Source: an uncultured Syntrophobacteraceae bacterium
Lineage (GTDB): Bacteria; Desulfobacterota; Syntrophobacteria; Syntrophobacterales; Syntrophobacteraceae
Assembly: GCA_964407285.1 (NCBI GenBank)
Contig: CAYOVG010000003.1
Location: 40 to 64,039, forward strand
Direction: 5' to 3'
DNA: 64,000 bases
Part shown: piece after piece, positions 9,961-18,512 of the stretch
Numbering within the stretch: position 1 is the stretch's first letter
How the letters are laid out: every line of letters starts with the position of its first letter
The notes under the pieces: model-generated
Database searches by the model: none
What the model saw: the letters and a program-made list of their open reading frames with translations, nothing else
Told to the model about the DNA's origin: nothing
Translations under genes and position numbers: made by a program

Positions 9961-10359
9961 TCAGCTATAGTCGGTGAGCGTATGGATCTTCCCCTCGCGG
10001 AAAGTAAACTCCGAGCGTCCAGCGAGCCTGAGTTTCTCGCCGGCTTTCACCCCATTTGGCAGGTCTACAGCCGCTATACCCTCATAGTCCACCTCTATGG
10101 ACACTCCATCGGCAGTAAAACTGAACTTCGTTACCGTTTGCCTTCGCGATGAGAATAGCCGCTTCGACTCCTCGGCCAACGATCTGAATTCTCTCATGCC
10201 CGAGGCGCTCGCATTGACCTTGCCGCCCGAGACGTTCCTGAATTCGATCTCTGTGTGCGCCGCTTTCATCATGCCCTCTATATCGAAGCTACTGTAAGCG
10301 TCGAGATAGCGCTCAATCAAGGCCCGTTTCTCTTCAGCATCCATGAATGAAATCTCCAT
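9961..10359 (-). CDS. NTF2/SnoaL-like fold protein
   Basis: Likely start is ATG 10359 (MEISFMDAEEKRALIERYLDAYSSFDIEGMM...). The pattern (xIxRYxxAxxxxDxxxM ... F.F..GKI) is typical of SnoaL-like/NTF2-like domains. Confidence 0.6.
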   Translation of the reverse strand: MEISFMDAEEKRALIERYLDAYSSFDIEGMMKAAHTEIEFRNVSGGKVNASASGMREFRSLAEESKRLFSSRRQTVTKFSFTADGVSIEVDYEGIAAVDLPNGVKAGEKLRLAGRSEFTFREGKIHTLTDYS

Positions 10360-10756
10360 ATCGGGCGAGGCGTCGTAACGAACGTTGGAGCGGCGAGCAA
10401 CCACGCGGCCGATGAGCCGGAGGAAATGCGAGAAAGCTCGCACCGCTTGGTTGTTCGTCCGGTTCCAAGCGATTGTCGGCGTTCATACTCTTCCTTTGGA
10501 TGATTGGGGACGTGGTGACTTCTTTCCACTCTATCCATCGTTCACGGTTAAAACCCGCAACCGGCCAACCATGGGATGATCTCCCTGAAATTGATGCTGC
10601 AACGTGAAGGTACAGTAGGACATAAACCAAGGCCGGTCAAGGACATAGTCATCAAAAGTGATGGTGGATTCCATCGGATTCCCCGGATAAAATGAAGCTG
10701 CGGCGAGGGTATGAAAGGCAAAATTCCGCAATGCCGACAGGATCTGAAACCCAACG

Positions 10757-11167
10757 TTGACAGGAGTTGAAACCCGTATGACAGCACGATACGCTCTGGC
10801 ATGGGTCCCTATGGTCATTATTGCCGTTGCAAATGGAGCGGCTCGCGATCTCGTCTACGGAAAGCGCCTCTCCGAGTTGCGGGCCCACCAGGTTTCGACG
10901 GTTACGGGTATTGTGCTCTTCGGCCTCTACATTTTCGCACTCACTCGATACTGGAAGATAGAATCTTCCGGGCAGGCGCTCTCAATAGGATTTATCTGGC
11001 TGCTGCTCACTCTCGCCTTTGAATTCCTCTTCGGGCGCTTCGTGGCGGGGCGCTCATGGGAAAGGCTCCTTCACGACTACAACCTCTTCGCCGGGCGTAT
11101 CTGGATTCTTATCCCGGTCTGGATTGCGGTTGCCCCGTATCTGTTCTATCTCATAAGAAAACCATAA
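10757..11167 (+). CDS. Small integral membrane protein (about 4 TM helices)
   Basis: Four hydrophobic stretches (WVPMVIIAVANGA, VTGIVLFGLYIFAL, LSIGFIWLLLTLAFEFLFG, IWILIPVWIAVAPYLFYL). Alternative start at 10778. Confidence 0.55.
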   Translation: MTGVETRMTARYALAWVPMVIIAVANGAARDLVYGKRLSELRAHQVSTVTGIVLFGLYIFALTRYWKIESSGQALSIGFIWLLLTLAFEFLFGRFVAGRSWERLLHDYNLFAGRIWILIPVWIAVAPYLFYLIRKP

Positions 11168-11356
11168 GACGTGACATATACTCTGAATGGCTAAGGTTTG
11201 GATTTTACAAAGATAATGCTTCTGCTACGCGCGGATGAATTCTGAGCTTTTTGTCAACCCTGTGTGGTTACGGCTTGCAACCGTGACCCGGTAGACAAGC
11301 AGAGAGCAGTCGCGACTGGATGCCGTAACCGCTCGGCACGGTTTTGTCTCGTATGC

Positions 11357-11426
11357 GCCGGGCTTATCCGGATTCTGATCCCGGTCTGGACCGCATCTGC
11401 CTCGTATCGGTCCTATCTCATGAGAA
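11357..11426 (+). pseudogene. Degenerate partial duplicate of the 3' end of the membrane-protein gene at 10757-11167
   Basis: The 70 nt at 11357-11426 align to 11090-11159 at roughly 80 percent identity by eye (gccgggcttatccggattctgatcccggtctgga... versus gccgggcgtatctggattcttatcccggtctgga...). The translated remnant is GLIRILIPVW versus GRIWILIPVW. Confidence 0.5.
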
Positions 11427-12199
11427 TGGCACGGGAAAAGCAGCGCCTGCGGTGCGGGTGTTAATGTCATATCGAAAGACTTCGGTGAAATAAAATATGG
11501 GACAGTTTATTGTACGGACTATCATGGTGAGGAGAGCCTCGCCGAAGGCCGGAGGCATCCTGCAACACCTGATATTCTCGCGGCGGACTTGAGGAAGCGG
11601 CCGGTCGGCATGGTTCTCCTCTGATTTCTATTCCGAAAAGCATCGACGTGACGACGTGGAGTATAAGTGCTGGAATGCTTTCTGTCCGGCATCTCGGATT
11701 TCCGTCCGGCAGACGTTCATCCGGTGTTTATCATAGGGGATGGTCTTCTCGCGAAGCCTGAATAATCCGTATTGGAGGCAATCGCGCACCATTTTGTATT
11801 CTCGTTTTTGATTTGGATTGCAGCGGAATTAAATGGTTGGCGTTATATAGATGTTATAACAAGGAAAGATCTTTCTGTTGAGCAGCAGGGAACGAGGGGC
11901 TGAAATTCCCGTCGGCAACCGAAAACCGGCTTCCAAAATGGATGCGCCTTTCAATACAGCGTCAGCGGCGGGGTTTCGTCCCCGCCCTGCCATTGGTTCA
12001 TCGGCCCGCACGGGCAGGGTGTCGAGTCGACGCACATGCGCTCCCCGCGTGAGAAGGGGAGGCTTCTGCGTGGGTACGGGATGTCCCTGCTTCATACGAT
12101 ACCCGGCTTAGCTTAGCGTGAAGCCCACGGGGTCAGGCGCACCCGTCCTCCGACGCCCGGCGCCCGTCCACCGGATGCCGGTCCTGCCATGATCCGGTT

Positions 12200-12409
12200 C
12201 TACGTATCGTCGGATGAAAATTCCCCGAGCTTGGAAAGCGTCTCCGGCCCCAGCCGTTCGGCCTGTGAATCCACCACCGTACGCTTGAGGGTCCAGAACA
12301 CGTTTCTGAACAATTCCTCGAAGCCGGAAGGCGAAACTCTTCCCAATTCAATGTACTTAACCACAATCTCTTTAGCCAGCTTCAAAATCTTTTCATCGTC
12401 CGGATTCAT
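12200..12409 (-). CDS. Small hypothetical protein (69 aa)
   Basis: Likely start is ATG 12409 (MNPDDEKILKLAKEIVVKYIELGRVSPSGFEELFRNVFWTLKR...). The upstream part of the track ORF runs through a strong hairpin. Confidence 0.4.
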   Translation of the reverse strand: MNPDDEKILKLAKEIVVKYIELGRVSPSGFEELFRNVFWTLKRTVVDSQAERLGPETLSKLGEFSSDDT

Positions 12410-12627
12410 AAGCGGTCCCTGATATTGGTCGAGTCGTTTTAGGTGGAAAAAAGCCTCTGCTGGTTGGAAGGAAGACCGGCTTTGCGGCCGAAGCAGAGGC
12501 TTTTTTAGCCGTTCGAAATACCCGTGAAGCATTTCAAACGAGCTAAGTCTATATTAGCACGGCAATTACGGATATGACAAGCGATCTCTCACGGTGCAAG
12601 TTTTAATTTGACATCAGGCAAATCGGG

Positions 12628-13137
12628 GTGATAAAACGTCCCAAAGTGGGAAAAAGTGGAGGCAAGGGGGAATTTGTGGGAGTTTTGAATAAACCCTACT
12701 TCAGAGGTCAGTCCTTCAACCGCGTCGATGGGAAGGGACGACTGCGAGTTCCCAACAAGTTTCGAGAAATCCTCCAAACCCACTACACGGATGCTTTGAT
12801 TACCACCATCATGGGAGAATGCCTGGTGGCTTATCCCCCTGAAGTGTGGGAGAAAATTGAAGCCAAGGCTTTGGAGTTCTCCCAGGTGCAGCCGCAGCAG
12901 CGGGCCTTTATGCGATATTTTATCTCCAGCGCCGTTGAATGTGAGTTTGACAACCAGGGTAGGATACTGCTCCCTCCGTTCCTGAGGGAGAGAGCGAAAA
13001 TAGACCAGGAAGTAGTACTGGCGGGAATGCTGACAAGTTTTGAGATATGGGATAAAGCGAGTTGGGAAAAACACACGGAATGGAGCAAGGACAATTACCA
13101 GCAGATTGCCGAGGAAATGGCCGGTTTCGGACTCTAG
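12628..13137 (+). CDS. mraZ: Transcriptional regulator MraZ
   Basis: Two SpoVT/AbrB-like repeats with the MraZ signature DxKGR (FRGQSFNRVDGKGRLRVP and CEFDNQGRILLPPFLRE). It is the first gene of the dcw cluster. The true start may lie inside the ORF, just before the FRGQ motif. Confidence 0.85.
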   Translation: MIKRPKVGKSGGKGEFVGVLNKPYFRGQSFNRVDGKGRLRVPNKFREILQTHYTDALITTIMGECLVAYPPEVWEKIEAKALEFSQVQPQQRAFMRYFISSAVECEFDNQGRILLPPFLRERAKIDQEVVLAGMLTSFEIWDKASWEKHTEWSKDNYQQIAEEMAGFGL

Positions 13138-13331
13138 CGCCCTTTCCGTTCCCTGCTTCCGGATCATCCGACCGCTTCTGCTCGCCGTCCCTGCTTCGCA
13201 TGCGCCGATTGACCTTGTCCGTTCTCGCGCTCGTGATAGTTACGGCCTCATGGGAAGGCTCGAATTCTCTCTGTCTGATGACGTGCGCCATTGATTTTAC
13301 AGAATATTCCTGATCCCGTTGGCGGATTCTG

Positions 13332-14300
13332 GTGGGTGTTGTACGGGCGGCTTGTATGGATGGTTCCGGTTGCCGGCACGTACCGGTGATGCTCGACAGT
13401 GTCATGCGATTGCTCCGGTGTCGTTCCGGGGAACGCTACATAGACGGAACGGCGGGGGCCGGCGGCTATAGCGAAGCCATCCTCCGGGCCGGCGCCCCGG
13501 ACGGGCTTCTGCTGGCTCTGGATTGGGATGCCGAAGCCTTGGAGCGCACCCGGGAAAGGCTCGCTCCTTTCGGCGCGAGGGTCGCGCTGGAAAAAGCCGG
13601 CTTCGCCGAATTGCCCGAGGTGGTGGAAAGGCTGAGTTGGGGGGAATCCGACGGGATCGTGCTCGACCTGGGGGTGTCCGGTTACCAACTGGAAGACCCG
13701 CGGAGAGGCTTCAGCTTCCTCCATGACGGACCGCTCGACATGCGGATGGACAGAGATCTCCCCCGAACGGCCGGGGACCTCGTTAATTCGCTGCCCGAAA
13801 AGGAACTGGCGAAACTCATATTCGAATTCGGGGAGGAGCGGTTCTCCCGGCGCATCGCCCGCGCCATAGTGGAGCGCCGCAAGGAGTCGCCCATATCGAG
13901 CACCGGCATGCTGGCGCAACTGATACGACAGGCGGTTCCGAAAACGAGGGATGCCGCCCGGATTCATCCGGCCACCCGCACGTTTCAGGCGTTGCGGATC
14001 GCCGTAAACAGGGAACTGGAGGCGCTGGAAACTTTTCTTGCGGGCGCATTGGAGCTCTTGAAACCCGGTGGGAGGCTGTGCATCGTCTCGTTTCACTCCC
14101 TGGAGGACCGGATGGTCAAGAGAAAATTCAGGGAGTGGGCCAGGTCCTGCCGTTGCCCGGAGGAAGCGCCGATATGCACGTGTGAGAGAAAACCTCTGGC
14201 GCGGCTTTTGACGAGGAAGGCGGTCCGTCCCGGACCCGAGGAAGAGGAAGCGAATCCGAGAGCCCGAAGCGGAAGGCTCCGATGTGTGGAGAAGTGCTGA
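13332..14300 (+). CDS. rsmH: 16S rRNA (cytosine1402-N4)-methyltransferase
   Basis: Motifs: HVPVML, DGTAGAGGYSEAIL, DLGVSGYQLEDPRRGFSF, GPLDMRMD, SFHSLEDRMVK and ANPRARSGRLR. Confidence 0.9.
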   Translation: MGVVRAACMDGSGCRHVPVMLDSVMRLLRCRSGERYIDGTAGAGGYSEAILRAGAPDGLLLALDWDAEALERTRERLAPFGARVALEKAGFAELPEVVERLSWGESDGIVLDLGVSGYQLEDPRRGFSFLHDGPLDMRMDRDLPRTAGDLVNSLPEKELAKLIFEFGEERFSRRIARAIVERRKESPISSTGMLAQLIRQAVPKTRDAARIHPATRTFQALRIAVNRELEALETFLAGALELLKPGGRLCIVSFHSLEDRMVKRKFREWARSCRCPEEAPICTCERKPLARLLTRKAVRPGPEEEEANPRARSGRLRCVEKC

Positions 14301-14644
14301 TGGGAATCCCCATGATGGAGAGAGCGAGGACATGCGACTTCGATGGAATCCTGGAGAAATCGCCCTCTCGCCGGTCGGTGAGGGGATGGGCGGTTTCGAC
14401 GGCGTTTCTCGTGGCGCTGGTCATCTTTCTCTCCGTGTTCTACGTATGGCTTCGCATTCAACAGATCCAGGGTGGCTACCGCCTGGCGAAACTCCAGGAG
14501 GAGTACTCTCAGTTGCTGGTGGTGCAGCGGAAATTGCACCTGGAGTGGAACAGGCTCCAGGACCCGTACTTCCTGGAGAGGCTGGCTAAGGAGCGGTTCG
14601 GACTCAGTCCGCCGCGCAAAGACCAGAGATTGCTGGTGCGCTGA
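14282..14644 (+). CDS. ftsL: Cell division protein FtsL
   Basis: Small bitopic protein (TM segment AVSTAFLVALVIFLSVFYVWL followed by a coiled-coil) between rsmH and ftsI. Start uncertain (several in-frame Met). Confidence 0.65.
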   Translation: MCGEVLMGIPMMERARTCDFDGILEKSPSRRSVRGWAVSTAFLVALVIFLSVFYVWLRIQQIQGGYRLAKLQEEYSQLLVVQRKLHLEWNRLQDPYFLERLAKERFGLSPPRKDQRLLVR

Positions 14645-14670
14645 ACTTTGGATGAGTAGAAAGGCTGATT

Positions 14671-16695
14671 ATGGAAATGCGCCAGGCCAGAAGCTTTTTG
14701 AGTGCCCGCTATTGGTCCATGTGCGTTTTCTTCAAAATTGTGCTCACCGTAGGGTTCTGCATTGTACTCGCCAAGTCTTTCATGCTGCAGGTCCTCGATC
14801 ACGACGCCTGGGTCGAGAGAGCCAGAAATCAGAGTGAAGCGACGGTTTGCGTGCCCACCTACAGGGGGTCGGTGTACGACAACCAGGGACGCCTGATGGC
14901 CTATTCGGTCCCTCAGTCCTCGCTTTTCGCCGACTGTGAGGAGATGGGGAGCGAGCAGGAACTCGGGAATGCCGCCGCCCGCCTGTCCCCTGTTCTCGGG
15001 GAGAGCGAAGCGTCCGTACGGAAAAAACTGGTCAAAGGACGCCGCTTCTGCTGGATCAAACGCTATCTGACGGACCAGCAGGCATCCGCCGTCTCCAGGC
15101 TGGACATCAAGGGGTTGCACTTCCTGACCGAATACAAGCGGTTCTACCCCCACCGCCAACTGGCCGGACAGGTGCTCGGGTTCGTGGGAACGGACGGGAC
15201 CGGCCTGGAAGGCATCGAGAAAGCCTGTGACGACATCCTGAAGGAAGATCCCCGGACGATGGAACAGCTCCGCGATGGGGTGAAAAACCGCCTCTGGCTC
15301 AAGGACTCCTCGCCGGAGGAACCCGCCGAGAAATCGTCGATCCGGCTCACCCTGGACGGATACATCCAGTACGTGGCCGAATGTGAACTGGAAAAGACCG
15401 TGAACCAGTACCGGGCCAAGGGCGGGGAAGTGGTGGTCATGGACCCTTCGACCTTTGAGGTCCTGGCGATGGCCAACTGGCCGGCGTTCGACCCCAACAC
15501 CAACGAGAGGGAAAGCTCCAGGGTCTGGCGCAACCGTACCGTCTGCGACCTCTTCGAACCGGGCTCCACCTTCAAGGTCTTCATGGTGGCCGCGGCCCTG
15601 GAAGAGCGCACGGCCAGGGAGGGGGACAGGATATTTTGTGAAAACGGCAAGTTCAAGATGGCCGGGCATATGATCAACGATGTGCACCACTACGGCTGGC
15701 TTACCGTATCGGAAGTGATAAAATATTCGAGCAACATCGGCGCCGGTAAGATCGCCATGCAACTCGGAAGAGAACGCTACTACCGCTATATCCGGGCGTT
15801 CGGATTCGGGGAGACCGGCGGCGTCGGGCTGCCGGGAGAGGCTAAGGGTCTTTTGCGGCCGTGTTCGAAATGGCGTCCCATCGACCTGGTCACGATCTCC
15901 TTCGGGCAGAGCGTCGGGGTCAGTTCGCTTCAACTGACGGCGGCGGTGTCGAGCATCGGCAACAAGGGCCGCTACATCCAGCCCGCCATCGTCAAGGAAG
16001 TTGTGGCGTCCGGCGTCCGGCGCATGGTGGACCCCGACAGAGAAAGCCGGCAGGTCGTAAGCCCGAAGACCGCCGAGAAGGTCGCCGCGATGATGGCGCT
16101 GGTGACGCAGGAGGGCGGCACCGGCGTGGGCGCGGCCATTCCCGGTTATACCGTCGCGGGGAAGACGGGGACCGCGCAAAAGGTCGATCCGGCCACGCGT
16201 CGTTACTCATCGAGCAGATACACGTCCGTCTTTACCGGTTTTGTACCCGTCAACAACCCGCGGCTGGCGATCACGGTGGTCATTCACGAGCCGCAGGGAG
16301 CGATTTACGGCGGAGTAGTCGCCGCTCCCGTTTTTCGAAATATTGCCGTTCAGGCCCTTCCCTATCTCAGGGTCCCTGCAACCGGCACGGATCATGCCCC
16401 TGTATCGGGCTTGCGGCTGGCCAATACTTCGGCCTCTCCCGCCGCCGTAGCCCCGGTCCTGAACACGCTTCGGGAAGAGCCGATGACGACGGGACCGGAC
16501 GGCGTGGAGGATCCGGACCTCATGCCGGACCTCACGGGCCTGAGCCTGAAGACGGCCATGAAGCAGCTCGCTCGCTTCAAGGTGCAGATGAAGTGCAAGG
16601 GGAGCGGGGTGGTAGTGAAGCAGAAGCCGCTCCCGGGCGCGCCGATGAAGTCGGGCGGCGTGGTTGAACTGGCGCTCAATGAAAGTCCGGGTTGA
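14671..16695 (+). CDS. ftsI: Peptidoglycan D,D-transpeptidase FtsI (class B PBP) with a C-terminal PASTA domain
   Basis: Motifs: STFK (EPGSTFKV), SSN (YSSNIG), KTGT (AGKTGTAQ). The C-terminal 60 aa (PDLTGLSLKTAMKQLARFKVQMKCKGSGVVVKQKPLPGAPMKSGGVVELAL) are PASTA-like. Confidence 0.9.
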   Translation: MEMRQARSFLSARYWSMCVFFKIVLTVGFCIVLAKSFMLQVLDHDAWVERARNQSEATVCVPTYRGSVYDNQGRLMAYSVPQSSLFADCEEMGSEQELGNAAARLSPVLGESEASVRKKLVKGRRFCWIKRYLTDQQASAVSRLDIKGLHFLTEYKRFYPHRQLAGQVLGFVGTDGTGLEGIEKACDDILKEDPRTMEQLRDGVKNRLWLKDSSPEEPAEKSSIRLTLDGYIQYVAECELEKTVNQYRAKGGEVVVMDPSTFEVLAMANWPAFDPNTNERESSRVWRNRTVCDLFEPGSTFKVFMVAAALEERTAREGDRIFCENGKFKMAGHMINDVHHYGWLTVSEVIKYSSNIGAGKIAMQLGRERYYRYIRAFGFGETGGVGLPGEAKGLLRPCSKWRPIDLVTISFGQSVGVSSLQLTAAVSSIGNKGRYIQPAIVKEVVASGVRRMVDPDRESRQVVSPKTAEKVAAMMALVTQEGGTGVGAAIPGYTVAGKTGTAQKVDPATRRYSSSRYTSVFTGFVPVNNPRLAITVVIHEPQGAIYGGVVAAPVFRNIAVQALPYLRVPATGTDHAPVSGLRLANTSASPAAVAPVLNTLREEPMTTGPDGVEDPDLMPDLTGLSLKTAMKQLARFKVQMKCKGSGVVVKQKPLPGAPMKSGGVVELALNESPG

Positions 16696-16700
16696 GAGTA

Positions 16701-16731
16701 CGGGTTGCGGGTTGCGGGTTGCGGGTTGCGG
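16701..16731. repeat. Tandem heptamer GGGTTGC x4, immediately after the ftsI stop
   Basis: cgggttgcgggttgcgggttgcgggttgcgg. A related degenerate version (gagttgcgggcttcgcgttgcgggttacgagttgcc) follows the pstS stop at 42022-42056. Confidence 0.8.
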
Positions 16732-16943
16732 AAAATCGCACGGGCCGCCATGCCGTGTCAAGCAGAATCGAATGGCGGCTGGAGGGAGTGCGGGGTCGGA
16801 ATTTCGGCGTTAATGGGATTGTGACGCGACAAAAACATGAACAATGTGTCGGATGTTTGACAAGTAACCGAAAAAATAGTATTGGCCGGACGTTTCAACG
16901 TCCGGCCTGACGGCTTTTGACAGCATGTAGCGCGAAGAAGACC

Positions 16944-18509
16944 ATGGAAAGAGTACTGTCGGAACTTCTCAGTGAATTGAAGGTGTTGGAAACCCGGGGC
17001 GATACCGCCGGGGCGGTCCGCGGCGTCTCGTACGACAGCCGCCGCGTTCGGGAGGGCGACCTGTTCGTCGCCGTCAAAGGAACGCGCATGGATGGCCATC
17101 TCTACATTGTGGATGCCGTGAAGAAGGGCGCATCGGCCGTCCTGGTGGAAGAAATGCCCGGAAGCAACGGAATGCCGGCAACGCTCGTTCGCGTGGAGGA
17201 TACCCGGAAGGCCCTGGCGAAGCTGGCCGCGCGCTTCTATGGCCACCCCTCCGGGGACCTGAAGATGATCGGAGTTACGGGGACCAACGGAAAGACTACC
17301 ACCACCCTGGTGCTCGAGAGCATCCTGAGGCAGGCGGGCGCGTCGGTGGGCGTCATCGGGACTCTTGCATACCGCTGGGGCGACGTGTGCATGCCCGCCC
17401 CGCTGACGACGCCGGAATCCCTGGACCTCCAGAGGCTTCTGTACGAGATGCGCCGGGATGGCGTCGAATATGTGGTGATGGAGGTGTCCTCCAACGCTCT
17501 CGCCATGGGAAGAGTGGACGGTTGTGCGTTCAGGGCCGGCGTCTTTACGAACCTCTCCCAGGACCACCTGGATTTTCACAAGACGATGGAGGATTACTTC
17601 GCCGCCAAGACGCGCCTTTTCTCCCGCCACCTCGGGTCGGATTCGGAGCGGGGGCCGGCCGTCGCGGCCATTAACCGGGACGACCCCTACGCGGGCCGCA
17701 TGGAGGATGCCGTCGCCGAAGGAAACGAGATCTGGAGTTTCTCCCTGGAAAACGCCGACGCCCGTGTCCGGGTGGAGCGGATGGATCTGAGCGCTTCGGG
17801 GATTCGCGCCATGCTTGCCACGCCTCACGGGGACCTGGAGATAGACTCCCCGCTCCTGGGCCGACTGAATCTATACAATATCCTGGCCGCCGCGACCACC
17901 GCACTGGGATTGGGGATTCCGATGGACGCCGTTTCTCGCGGCGTGCGTGCGGTGGGTTCCGTGGACGGACGCCTCCAGCGTGTTTCCGTCCCCGCGGGTT
18001 TCGATGTCGTGGTGGACTACGCGCATACTCCGGACGCCATGGAAAAGAGCCTCACCTGTCTCCGGGAGCTGTCGAAGGGCAGGCTGATCGTGGTGTTCGG
18101 CTGTGGAGGCGACCGCGACAGAGGGAAACGCCCCCTCATGGGTGGTGTGGCCGGGCAACTGGGCGACCTGGTGATCGTCACGAGCGACAATCCCAGGAGT
18201 GAAGATCCCGGCGCGATCATCCGGGACATCGAGGAAGGGGTCCGCGATGCGGGACTCCCCCGGCTCCCCGGCCGAAAACTGAACTGCGGCGGCAAGGGGT
18301 ATGCCGTCGAACCGGACCGGCGGCGGGCGATAGAACTGGCGTTGTGGTCGGCCTGTCCGGGAGACCTTTTGTGCATCGGCGGCAAGGGCCACGAGACATA
18401 CCAGATCATCGGGAACCGGACGTTTCCTTTCGATGACCGGGTGGTGGTGCGCGATTATTTCGAATCCCCTAAAGCCGAGGTGGAGAACAGACTGGCGGGG
18501 AGCGCATAG
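16944..18509 (+). CDS. murE: UDP-N-acetylmuramoyl-L-alanyl-D-glutamate--2,6-diaminopimelate ligase
   Basis: Motifs: GVTGTNGKTTTT, VMEVSSNAL, DYAHTPDA, and the DNPR motif (TSDNPRSEDP) typical of meso-DAP-adding MurE. Likely start is ATG 16944 (MERVLSEL). Confidence 0.9.
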   Translation: MERVLSELLSELKVLETRGDTAGAVRGVSYDSRRVREGDLFVAVKGTRMDGHLYIVDAVKKGASAVLVEEMPGSNGMPATLVRVEDTRKALAKLAARFYGHPSGDLKMIGVTGTNGKTTTTLVLESILRQAGASVGVIGTLAYRWGDVCMPAPLTTPESLDLQRLLYEMRRDGVEYVVMEVSSNALAMGRVDGCAFRAGVFTNLSQDHLDFHKTMEDYFAAKTRLFSRHLGSDSERGPAVAAINRDDPYAGRMEDAVAEGNEIWSFSLENADARVRVERMDLSASGIRAMLATPHGDLEIDSPLLGRLNLYNILAAATTALGLGIPMDAVSRGVRAVGSVDGRLQRVSVPAGFDVVVDYAHTPDAMEKSLTCLRELSKGRLIVVFGCGGDRDRGKRPLMGGVAGQLGDLVIVTSDNPRSEDPGAIIRDIEEGVRDAGLPRLPGRKLNCGGKGYAVEPDRRRAIELALWSACPGDLLCIGGKGHETYQIIGNRTFPFDDRVVVRDYFESPKAEVENRLAGSA

Positions 18510-18512
18510 AGT

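Noticed and set aside
11830-12130. Possible riboswitch or RNase P 3' motif (acccggcttagc at about 12104; GGGAA...GAAATTCCC near 11890)
   Set aside because: These are only short partial resemblances to cobalamin/SAM/RNase P cores. There is also no downstream gene on the plus strand for a riboswitch to control.
16701-16731. Possible CRISPR array
   Set aside because: These are contiguous 7-nt units with no spacers, so it is a microsatellite-like repeat. No repeat-spacer structure was seen anywhere in the window.
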